Shown: positions 1 to 7,003 of the stretch, piece after piece
Position numbering within the stretch: position 1 is the first letter of the stretch
Layout: each line of letters starts with the position of its first letter
NCBI RefSeq assembly: GCF_002682985.1
Contig: NZ_MKGN01000015.1
Coordinates: forward strand, 1-12,272
Length of the DNA stretch: 12,272 nt
Direction of reading: 5' to 3'
Source: Candidatus Tremblayella phenacoccinincola
GTDB lineage: Bacteria > Pseudomonadota > Gammaproteobacteria > Burkholderiales > Burkholderiaceae
Made by a program: the position numbers and the translations under genes
Notes under the pieces: generated by a model
What the model was told of the DNA's origin: nothing
Databases searched by the model: none
What the model saw: the letters and a program-made list of their open reading frames with translations, nothing else

Positions 1-335
1 TGGAAAGCCTAGGATATGTGCTATGTTCATAGGTTCTATAGGAAGCTCTTTTGCTATGGTTCATCTAAGACTGGGTAGCGGGTGTTAGTAGTTATTATTT
101 ATTAAGCCTACCGATGTAAAAGGTTAGCCAAGTATGTAGGTTAGGTCTCATTATTGAGAAGCGGTTGTTAGGTGTGTATGCATGTTCGAAGTGAAGCTAA
201 CAAAGAAGACTGGAGCTACATCATAATACATACCACTAACCTAACAGATGCAGCTAACATTGGTTCTCCCTTTTAGGTTATATACTGTAATATGTAGCAA
301 CTATCCAACAGCTAGGTTCTACTAAAGCTTAATGA
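1..335 (+). ncRNA. rnpB: Candidate RNase P RNA (bacterial rnpB-like); the 5' part lies outside the window and the 3' end is approximate
   Basis: No ORF of 60 aa or more falls in 1..311. Sequence blocks occur in the same order as the remembered conserved rnpB regions. 2..12 GGAAAGCCTAG resembles CR-I GAGGAAAGUCCGGG. 72..84 TGGGTAGCGGGTG resembles GGGUGAAAGGGUG. 113..140 GATGTAAAAGGTTAGCCAAGTATGTAGG resembles GGUAAAC..GGAGCAAGGCCAAAUAGGGG. 307..320 AACAGCTAGGTTCT resembles ACAGAACCCGGCUUAU. Positions 6..12 pair with 312..318 over 7 bp (one G-U), matching the P4 position. Nested helices 123..128/253..258 and 137..144/236..243 sit where P15/P16 would be. Caveats: the universally conserved bulged U of P4 is not evident, and the comparison is from memory. 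Confidence 0.45.
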
Positions 336-632
336 CTTACCACACCCACATATAGTAGCTTTTGGACTCACAATCACTAAACGTATTCCAAGACTAACAC
401 CCCTAACAGCTACCTTAAGAGCATTTCCACATGGGTTCCTTCTTTGGTTTATCAGAATCCTAACACCATCAATACAAACCACTAGGTCTTCTCTTCTGGT
501 TCTGGGTTCAACATTGACTTCATAAGACAATCCTTTACAACCAACTTTAAAAGAACTAATCCTTATATATTGCCAGGACTTAATATAACAACGCACATAT
601 TGGGTTACTTCCAAAGTAAAATGTAGTGTCAT
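312..632 (-). CDS. iscA: A-type iron-sulfur cluster carrier (IscA/ErpA family)
   Basis: 106-aa ORF. The three family cysteines are in place (VGCKGLSYEV, C-terminal CGCGKSLSF). It aligns end to end with the ~107-aa E. coli IscA layout. It lies immediately downstream of iscU, and its ATG overlaps the iscU TAA (TAATG at 630..634). Confidence 0.85.
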   Translation of the reverse strand: MTLHFTLEVTQYVRCYIKSWQYIRISSFKVGCKGLSYEVNVEPRTRREDLVVCIDGVRILINQRRNPCGNALKVAVRGVSLGIRLVIVSPKATICGCGKSLSFSRT

Positions 633-1030
633 TACTTCTTAACTAAACTAGAACTAGGGTTTGTTGTATAGAAGCTTGCAATGGCTGCCTTAACTGCAGC
701 TTCAGCTAATACTGAACAATGTGTTTTAATTGGGGGTAAACCCAACTCATTAATTATCTCATCATTCTTGATGTCCATTGCTTGATCAAGGGTTTTCCCT
801 TGTACTAACTCAGCTGCCAAAGCACTTGAAGCAATGGCAGAGCCACACCCATAAGCTTTATACTTTGAATCGATAATAACACCATTCTCAATCTTTAGCT
901 GTAGTTTCAAAACATCACCACAAGAAGGCGATCCTACTATTCCAGTGCCAATGTTGTTTACGTTTTCTGGGAAAGAGCCTACGTTTTTGTTGCTATGATA
1001 ATAACGTAAAACCTTTTTGCTATACAGCAT
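632..1030 (-). CDS. iscU: Fe-S cluster assembly scaffold IscU
   Basis: 132-aa ORF, highly conserved: NVGSF, GSPSCGDV, YGCGSAIASS, LPPIKTHCSVLAE (all three cluster-ligand Cys). It starts one nt after the iscS stop. Confidence 0.95.
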   Translation of the reverse strand: MLYSKKVLRYYHSNKNVGSFPENVNNIGTGIVGSPSCGDVLKLQLKIENGVIIDSKYKAYGCGSAIASSALAAELVQGKTLDQAMDIKNDEIINELGLPPIKTHCSVLAEAAVKAAIASFYTTNPSSSLVKK

Positions 1031-1031
1031 A

Positions 1032-2207
1032 TTAAACCCAAAGTGGAGAAAGCTGTCTTAGTCTTTTAACCTTTCCTGAAACAACCTGTGTTACATATTC
1101 AACCTCAGAAGCTAATGTGAAACGACCTATGGATATTCTAATAGAGTTGTGGACATTTTGAATACATCCTATTGCTTGTAATACGTATGACGGCTGTAAA
1201 GAAGACGAAGTACATGCAGAACCTGAAGAAACACAAATGCTTTTCATCGACATCATCAAGGCTTCTCCTTCTACATACTTTATGTTAATGTTGATATTGT
1301 GTGGAACTCGAGCTGTTAAACATCCGTTAACGCTTGCTTGAACAATATATATTAGCTCTTTAACCAAAAAGACGTTTAGCTGCTTTGTGGTCTTAAACTC
1401 AGATAAGCCTTCGACATATATCAAACGATACGCTTTCCCCATTCCTACTATTTGATGTGTTGGGAGGGTTCCAGAACGTACGCCTTTCTCTTGACCACCT
1501 CCATGCATCTGAGGAACAACCTTAAATACGTTAGCCTTGTTAACATACAAAACCCCTACTCCTTTGGGTCCATAGGCTTTGTGAGATGTTAAAGACATGG
1601 TGTTGATCTGTGTCTTGGAAGTATTTATTGATACCTTACCAACTGCTTGAGCTGCGTCAACATGAAGTGGAACTCTAAGCTTATTACATACTCTACTTAT
1701 GTCTTCTATATTCTGGATCACCCCTATTTCATGGTTAACATACATTATGATCACAAGGATAGTGCCAGATTGTATACAGTTGTTCAGTAGGGCTAGATCT
1801 AACAAGCCGTTGTTGTTAACAGCTAAATAGGATATAATGAACCCTTTCGACTCCAAGTATCTACATGTGTCAAGGACGGCTTTGTGTTCAGTTTTTAGAG
1901 TAATAATATGCTTTCCTTTGTTATGCTTTGAAAGAGCAATGGCTTTAATTGCTAAGTTATTAGATTCTGTTGCACCTGAGGTCCATACAATTTCCTTACT
2001 GGAAGCCTTGATTAGACTAGCAACACACTCTCTAGCCTTTTCTACAACAGCTTCTGTCTCCCAGCCTAATATATGTGAACGTGAGGCTGGGTTACCAAAC
2101 TTGTGTCTGAGGAATGGTAGCATCTTTTCCACCACCCTAGGATCAGCTGGAGTAGTAGAGCTATAGTCCAGATACACCGGTAGTCTAAGCTTATAGATTG
2201 GTTTCAT
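1032..2207 (-). CDS. iscS: Cysteine desulfurase IscS; the start is placed at an internal Met, and the ORF stays open to 2324
   Basis: The ORF is 1032..2324. The IscS-type N-terminus begins at ATG 2205..2207 (MKPIYKLRLPVYLDYSSTTPADPRVVEKM). It has the PLP-lysine motif SLTSHKAYGPKG and the catalytic Cys loop SSGSACTSSSLQPSYVL. The 39 upstream in-frame codons match nothing I recognise. Confidence 0.92.
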   Translation of the reverse strand: MKPIYKLRLPVYLDYSSTTPADPRVVEKMLPFLRHKFGNPASRSHILGWETEAVVEKARECVASLIKASSKEIVWTSGATESNNLAIKAIALSKHNKGKHIITLKTEHKAVLDTCRYLESKGFIISYLAVNNNGLLDLALLNNCIQSGTILVIIMYVNHEIGVIQNIEDISRVCNKLRVPLHVDAAQAVGKVSINTSKTQINTMSLTSHKAYGPKGVGVLYVNKANVFKVVPQMHGGGQEKGVRSGTLPTHQIVGMGKAYRLIYVEGLSEFKTTKQLNVFLVKELIYIVQASVNGCLTARVPHNININIKYVEGEALMMSMKSICVSSGSACTSSSLQPSYVLQAIGCIQNVHNSIRISIGRFTLASEVEYVTQVVSGKVKRLRQLSPLWV

Positions 2208-2431
2208 AGTGGAACCTACCAGCTGTGTTAACGAACTAAGAGACTGTACATTGGATGTCTTTGTGGGAGAACCGTCTTCTGTATTCTTGGGGAACCTACT
2301 GGTCTTTATGGTATGTATGTGCATATAATATATATTGTGTTGTTGGAGCTATAAACCTGGTTAGCTGTTAGAAGCGGTGTGGTTCCAGTTGGCTATATAG
2401 AATATAATGTACACTGAGTCTTAAAGATGAG

Positions 2432-2467
2432 CATAAACATAAGCATAAACATAAACATAAGCATATA
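2432..2467. repeat. Hexanucleotide tandem repeat, 6 units (CATAAA CATAAG CATAAA CATAAA CATAAG CATATA)
   Basis: Read directly from the sequence. It lies in the divergent iscS/infB spacer, 51 to 86 nt upstream of the infB ATG. Confidence 0.9.
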
Positions 2468-2495
2468 CTAAATTAGTTCTTAACATGACATGAAG

Positions 2496-2517
2496 TAAAA
2501 CCCCCTATTCAAACCTA
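2496..2517 (+). promoter_or_regulatory. A/C-rich leader motif TAAAACCCCC-N12-ATG upstream of infB (function unknown: promoter -10/discriminator or translation-initiation region)
   Basis: The same decamer TAAAACCCCC occurs at 4419..4428, 11 to 12 nt from the sucA ATG. Related copies occur at 9313..9335 and 12247..12269. There is no purine-rich Shine-Dalgarno sequence. Confidence 0.3.
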
Positions 2518-4017
2518 ATGGAGAACATAAACGAATACCTAACCAGACTAGGTAAAAGAGCCTTGGTTGTTGCTATTGTAGGTCACGTAAACCATGGTAA
2601 AACTACTCTCATAGACTGCATAAGAAATGATGAGGCTTCTAGCTACGAAGTTGGAGGAATAACACAAGATATACAGCCATACAGTTCCATTACAGCTCCT
2701 GTTGGTAAGCTAGTTTTCATTGACACCCCTGGTCATGAAACATTTGAACTGACTAGAAGCTATGGAATAAACCTAGCAGATATTGTAGTTATTCTAATTG
2801 CAGTAGAAGATGGTGTTACTGAAGAATGCAAAAAGATATTAGCCAACGTTAAAGCTATTGGAAAGCCATCTATTATAGGTGTTAATAAAATAGACAAATG
2901 CTCCAATGTTAAAACCATATACTCAACTCTTGACAACAAAGATGAAGCGAAGTTGGTGTATTTATCAGCCAAGAATGGTTCAGGCGTTTCAAACCTGATG
3001 TCTTCAATCCATGCAAAAAGCAGAAGAACAAAGCTTTCACATAACCTAAAAGTCCTAGTTAATATACCAGCTAGAGGAACAGTTATTAACTCAGTAGTAA
3101 CATCAACAATGGGCATATGTACTTCTATATTAGTTCAGGCTGGTATTCTTAGGATAGGAGACATAGTTTTACTTAACAGTGACTACGGTAGAGTTAGGCT
3201 AGCATACGATGAACATAACAACCGTATAGAAAGAGTGTCCCTAGCTACACCGTCTAGCATTTACGGGTTAACTGCTCCGTCTAAACCAGGTGTTAAGTTC
3301 ATAGTAGTTCCAACAGAACAAACAGCCAAAGAGCTTGCAACACAACGTAACTACATATTGAATAGTCCTGAAGAACCTGAGCGAAAGCCCATACCCTCTC
3401 CCTCTGTCACTGCTTCTCCCTCTGTCAATGACATCTTTCGCTACATCGTTAAAGCAAGAACTTATGGAATGATTGAAGCTGTTATACACACCATTAACAA
3501 CGTACCAAACAACATGCCAGCAAGAGTGGTCCACAAAAGCGTAGGTTTAGTGTTCGAAAGTGACTTAGGGATGGCTACTATATATGGAGCAGTTATCATT
3601 ACTTTGGGAATAAAGCCTAACCCCAGAATCCTAAAGCTATCCAAAGAACGCAATGTTATTATTAACTACTATCGAACAATATATGAGCTATCCGATGGAA
3701 TACGTTCTTTTGGGACTCAATCAAACCCCGAATGCAGGAACAAGTCACAATCAAAAGCAATAGTTAAACGGGTCTTTAACGTTTCAGGTAACGAAGTAAT
3801 ATTAGGTTGTATAGTAGAAGCTGGTGTTATGAAAAGATCGAAAAGGTCCATAGTTTCAAGAAACGGCAAGGAGATTGGAATATGTGAGGTTCGTACTCTA
3901 AAGCTTTTTAAAACACCAGTAGATGAAGTTAAGAGGGGTTCTGAGTGCGGAGCTTTGGTAGTGTTAACAAAGACTCAAGAGATATTTATTGGAGACATGG
4001 TTGAAACCTTCTTTTAG
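2518..4017 (+). CDS. infB: Translation initiation factor IF-2, core only (G domain to C2); N-terminal domains absent
   Basis: 499-aa ORF. GTPase motifs are GHVNHGKT (G1), DTPGHETF (G3), NKIDK (G4) and LSAKNG (G5). The rest is collinear with the C-terminal ~500 residues of E. coli IF2, through the C-terminal GDMVETF. The P-loop starts at residue 22. Confidence 0.93.
   Translation: MENINEYLTRLGKRALVVAIVGHVNHGKTTLIDCIRNDEASSYEVGGITQDIQPYSSITAPVGKLVFIDTPGHETFELTRSYGINLADIVVILIAVEDGVTEECKKILANVKAIGKPSIIGVNKIDKCSNVKTIYSTLDNKDEAKLVYLSAKNGSGVSNLMSSIHAKSRRTKLSHNLKVLVNIPARGTVINSVVTSTMGICTSILVQAGILRIGDIVLLNSDYGRVRLAYDEHNNRIERVSLATPSSIYGLTAPSKPGVKFIVVPTEQTAKELATQRNYILNSPEEPERKPIPSPSVTASPSVNDIFRYIVKARTYGMIEAVIHTINNVPNNMPARVVHKSVGLVFESDLGMATIYGAVIITLGIKPNPRILKLSKERNVIINYYRTIYELSDGIRSFGTQSNPECRNKSQSKAIVKRVFNVSGNEVILGCIVEAGVMKRSKRSIVSRNGKEIGICEVRTLKLFKTPVDEVKRGSECGALVVLTKTQEIFIGDMVETFF
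3394..3432 (+). repeat. CT-rich in-frame tandem duplication inside infB (18-nt unit x2, preceded by CCCTCT x2)
   Basis: 3397..3414 TCTCCCTCTGTCACTGCT is followed by 3415..3432 TCTCCCTCTGTCAATGAC. The first 13 nt are identical and 15 of 18 match overall. The region encodes SPSVTA-SPSVND in a Pro/Ser-rich linker. Confidence 0.85.
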
Positions 4018-4028
4018 GCTAATCTCAA

Positions 4029-4334
4029 ATGTCATTTGAACATATAAAGAACCCCCTCTCTTACAAAAGAAGTATTAGCAGGCTAAAGTACGAGCTGTTA
4101 AATATCCTATCAAACACCGAAGAATTAAGGGACAACATCATAACTACACAGAATCTAGTATTAACCAAAGATCGTAAAAGACTTATTGTTAGCTTCTCTA
4201 GCTTATTTGGTAATATAAACAAAGTAGCAAGAATGTTATCTAGCTATTCCAAAACAATATGTAGAATATTGTATGCAAGAGTAAACCTAAAGGGATTCCC
4301 AAGACTCACGTTTATACCGGTTTCGAAGAGCTAA
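4029..4334 (+). CDS. rbfA: Ribosome-binding factor A (short form)
   Basis: 101-aa ORF starting 11 nt after infB, the conserved infB-rbfA position. The pattern is RbfA-like: R..YELLNIL, ..ITTQNLVLTKDRKRLIVSF.., ..GFPRLTFIP (compare E. coli VPELTFFYD). It is divergent, so confidence is lower than for the other genes. Confidence 0.75.
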   Translation: MSFEHIKNPLSYKRSISRLKYELLNILSNTEELRDNIITTQNLVLTKDRKRLIVSFSSLFGNINKVARMLSSYSKTICRILYARVNLKGFPRLTFIPVSKS

Positions 4335-4418
4335 CAGATATCCTGAATACCCATTAAACACACATAATCCTATGCGAGCTTGTACCGCAAGTTCACGTTT
4401 CAAACCATACGCATCTAA

Positions 4419-4441
4419 TAAAACCCCCCCAACTTAGCTTA
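4419..4441 (+). promoter_or_regulatory. A/C-rich leader motif TAAAACCCCCCC-AACTTAGCTTA-ATG upstream of sucA
   Basis: It shares the decamer TAAAACCCCC with the infB leader at the same distance from the ATG. It shares CCCCAACYTAG with the hom leader (9323..9333). Confidence 0.3.
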
Positions 4442-7003
4442 ATGACCGACTCTTCCATTGATTCTATAAAATACATTGGTTTACTGTATCGTAAATATGC
4501 TGATAACCCACAGTTGATAGCTGGGAGTTGGAGTATCTATTTCTCAGACGTTTCCAAACTGTATATTGCTAGCAGACCTTTGGAGCTGTTCAGAGGATTC
4601 AATAACACACTTAGCTTCTTAGAACCATTAAACAACAAGTCCTTGTTTCCAAATGTATTAGCTTTAAGTCTTCTAAGGTGTTCTTATTGTCATAGCATAT
4701 ATCCTGAAGTATCACATTTAAAACCCATTAAGCGCGTGTGGATATGGCGTGGTTTAGAAAGAACCGTACTGAATAACTTAAGCTTGAACCTAGACGTAAA
4801 GAAAAGCATCTTATATATGCTAACGAAAGCATATGTACTGGAGAACCATCTTGCTAATACGTATGTAGGTCAGAAGAGGTTTTCCATTGAAGGCTCCGAG
4901 ACTGTTGTTGTTCTATTAAACACCCTAATAAGTCTTGCGTCCAAGTCGAAGATTACAGATATCGTAGTTGGTATGGCGCATCGGGGAAGGCTTAATATCT
5001 TAATTAACATATATCACGAAGCAACAGCCAGTCTCTATGTACATTCGCTTCAACACAAGGAATCCTATATACAAAGCTTTGATGTTAAATACCATTTTGG
5101 ATGTGTGGTCCGTTTGGACCATAAAAGCAGTTTAAAGCTAACAATGGTCTATAATCCTTCACACTTAGAAACAGTTAACCCAATAGCTGAAGGCATCTCG
5201 AAAGCTAAGCTAGATATCATAAACACTCCTAAGAAAAAGAATGGCTATGTACTTCCAATTCAGATACATGGAGATGCTGCAATAACAGGACAAGGAACTG
5301 TGGTCGAAGCTTTAAACTATTCAGGCATTAAACAATACAGAACATATGGAACAATACATATAGTAATTAACAACCAAATAGGATTTACAACACAACCTAA
5401 AGAAACACGCTCTGCTACCTTTTGCACCGATCAATTCAAAACAATAGAAACACCGGTATTTCATGTGGATGGAAACAACCCAGACTCTGTGGTTCTTATT
5501 ACAAAGCTTGCGTTAATGTTTAGAATGAAGTTCCTAAATAGCGTAGTCTTAGATATCATTGCATTTAGGAGGTTAGGCCACAATGAACAAGACACTCCAG
5601 ATATAACCCAACCTCTTATGTACAGCTCCATAAAAACACACAACCCCATCAGTCTAGATTACCTTCGACATATATCAAACGAGGAGCCAAGCGCAACCGC
5701 TATATATCTAAAAGCAAGAGACCATTACTTAGCTTCTTTAGATGAACAACCCCCAACACAGCCACTCATAAGAAAGACACATATATTCAAAAGCTTCAGA
5801 GTTAACAACAGTTGTATTTCATTAACAGAAGAACTTAAATGGCTGCTAGATAAGTTAGTTAGAATTCCTCAGCTGTTTAGAGTCCACCCACTCTTAAAAC
5901 GAACCACCTTAAACAGACGTCTGGTAATAGAAACAAGCACTTCTCTAGACTGGTGTTCCAGTGAGCATTTAGCTTATGCTTTAGTTTTAAACAAAGGCAT
6001 TCCAATAAGACTATCAGGCCAAGACGTAACAAGAGGAACCTTTATGCATAGAAATGCAGTACTTTACAACCAAAGTATTCAAGGTATCCCAGCTTATGCT
6101 CCTTTACAAAACATATCGTCACTTCAAGGTAGAATACATGTTATAAATACTCCTCTGTCCGAAGGATCAATACTAGGCTTTGAGTACGGCTATGCTTTGG
6201 TTAAGACTTATGCGATGGTGATCTGGGAAGCACAGTTCGGAGACTTTATCAATTGTGCACAGGTCCTGGTTGATCAGCTCATTGCTTCTGGTGGATCTAA
6301 GTGGGGACAGGCCTCAAACATAGTGTTATATCTTCCACATGGTCAGGAAGGTCAGGGTTCAGAACACTCATCTGCAAGACTTGAGAGGCTTCTGCAACTG
6401 AGCTCAAGTAACAATATTACAGTTGTACATCCTACCTCTTCTGCGCAGCTGTTTCATATCATTCTTGAGCAGGCATCTAGGAAGGTTAAAAGACCATTAA
6501 CAATATTAACCCCTAAATCCTTGCTTAGACTTAAAGCATCTTGGTCTACCATATCTGACTTCACATCTAATAGGTTTAGGAAAGCTATTGTGGAGGAACA
6601 GTTCAATGTAAGAGCTGAGCATTTAAGGAGATTACTGGTTTGTTCAGGAAAGATCTATTACCAACTAGCATCCTATCAACACAGGTTTAATATTAACAGG
6701 GTCTCTATTATCAGGCTGGAGCAGCTGTATCCATTTCCTAACCATTGCATACCAACCCAATATAGGACAGCCTGTGAGGTATTGAATGTACAAGATGAAC
6801 CTAAGAATCAGGGCATATGGCAACATATTGAACCATATGTTCGATACGTGGTTAAGAATAGAGTTGTTTATTGTGGTGCTCAAAGCTCTGATTCAACCGC
6901 ATTAGGATTTGATGTTGAGTTCAGGATTCAAAAGCACTTCGTTACTAGCAACGCTTACAACGTCCGTTTAAAAAGGAATAATTATGGCTGCTACCGAGAT
7001 TGA
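4442..7003 (+). CDS. sucA: 2-oxoglutarate dehydrogenase E1 component
   Basis: 853-aa ORF, collinear with E. coli SucA. Motifs: [67 protein letters not shown]. The last ~12 residues are an extension that reads into sucB. Confidence 0.95.
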   Translation: MTDSSIDSIKYIGLLYRKYADNPQLIAGSWSIYFSDVSKLYIASRPLELFRGFNNTLSFLEPLNNKSLFPNVLALSLLRCSYCHSIYPEVSHLKPIKRVWIWRGLERTVLNNLSLNLDVKKSILYMLTKAYVLENHLANTYVGQKRFSIEGSETVVVLLNTLISLASKSKITDIVVGMAHRGRLNILINIYHEATASLYVHSLQHKESYIQSFDVKYHFGCVVRLDHKSSLKLTMVYNPSHLETVNPIAEGISKAKLDIINTPKKKNGYVLPIQIHGDAAITGQGTVVEALNYSGIKQYRTYGTIHIVINNQIGFTTQPKETRSATFCTDQFKTIETPVFHVDGNNPDSVVLITKLALMFRMKFLNSVVLDIIAFRRLGHNEQDTPDITQPLMYSSIKTHNPISLDYLRHISNEEPSATAIYLKARDHYLASLDEQPPTQPLIRKTHIFKSFRVNNSCISLTEELKWLLDKLVRIPQLFRVHPLLKRTTLNRRLVIETSTSLDWCSSEHLAYALVLNKGIPIRLSGQDVTRGTFMHRNAVLYNQSIQGIPAYAPLQNISSLQGRIHVINTPLSEGSILGFEYGYALVKTYAMVIWEAQFGDFINCAQVLVDQLIASGGSKWGQASNIVLYLPHGQEGQGSEHSSARLERLLQLSSSNNITVVHPTSSAQLFHIILEQASRKVKRPLTILTPKSLLRLKASWSTISDFTSNRFRKAIVEEQFNVRAEHLRRLLVCSGKIYYQLASYQHRFNINRVSIIRLEQLYPFPNHCIPTQYRTACEVLNVQDEPKNQGIWQHIEPYVRYVVKNRVVYCGAQSSDSTALGFDVEFRIQKHFVTSNAYNVRLKRNNYGCYRD

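Noticed and set aside
56-64. 9-mers shared between non-coding regions: ATGGTTCAT (56..64) versus its reverse complement at 12142..12150, and TAGAGCTCT at 9340..9348 and 12051..12059. These hinted at terminal inverted repeats or a dispersed intergenic element.
   Set aside because: In a 12-kb window hundreds of exact 9-mer pairs are expected by chance (about N^2/2 divided by 4^9). The flanking similarity is patchy. This does not support a mobile element or repeat family.
1-64. Possible start of a minus-strand gene running off the left edge (ATG at 62..64, MNHSKRASYRTYEHSTYPRLS...), e.g. hscB
   Set aside because: Only 21 codons are visible, with no similarity to the HscB J-domain N-terminus. 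The region is better accounted for by the RNase P RNA-like blocks.
137-146. TAGGTTAGGT, resembling two units of the insect telomeric TTAGG repeat
   Set aside because: There are only two units, and the segment is better explained as one strand of a helix paired with 236..243. There is no array.
184-190. GTTCGAA, a tRNA T-loop-like heptamer
   Set aside because: The flanking bases (GCATG / GTGAA) cannot form a 5-bp T-stem. No acceptor, D or anticodon arms can be drawn on either strand.
1837-2166. 109-aa plus-strand ORF antisense to iscS
   Set aside because: It lies entirely inside the strongly supported iscS frame on the opposite strand. Its translation is low-complexity and Leu/Ser/Cys-rich with no recognisable motif. 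This is a typical shadow ORF.
2393-2464. Minus-strand 23-codon mini-ORF MLMFMFMLMFMLIFKTQCTLYSI generated by the CATAAR repeat, upstream of iscS
   Set aside because: The alternating Met/Leu/Phe pattern is an automatic consequence of reading the hexamer repeat in frame. There is no SD or attenuator-type terminator/antiterminator structure, and no known Met-rich leader controls isc genes. It is kept only as a remote possibility under the repeat finding.
2208-2517. Divergent iscS/infB spacer as a possible replication origin
   Set aside because: There are no DnaA-box-like TTATCCACA/TGTGGATAA sequences. The closest is TGTGGTTCC at 2378..2386. There is no AT-rich 13-mer array and no dnaA/dnaN nearby. 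Gene-orientation switching alone is insufficient.
2760-3653. Minus-strand ORFs of 118, 88 and 63 aa antisense to infB (2760..3116, 3268..3534, 3462..3653)
   Set aside because: They are embedded in the conserved IF2 reading frame and have no family resemblance or start-site context. They are shadow ORFs.
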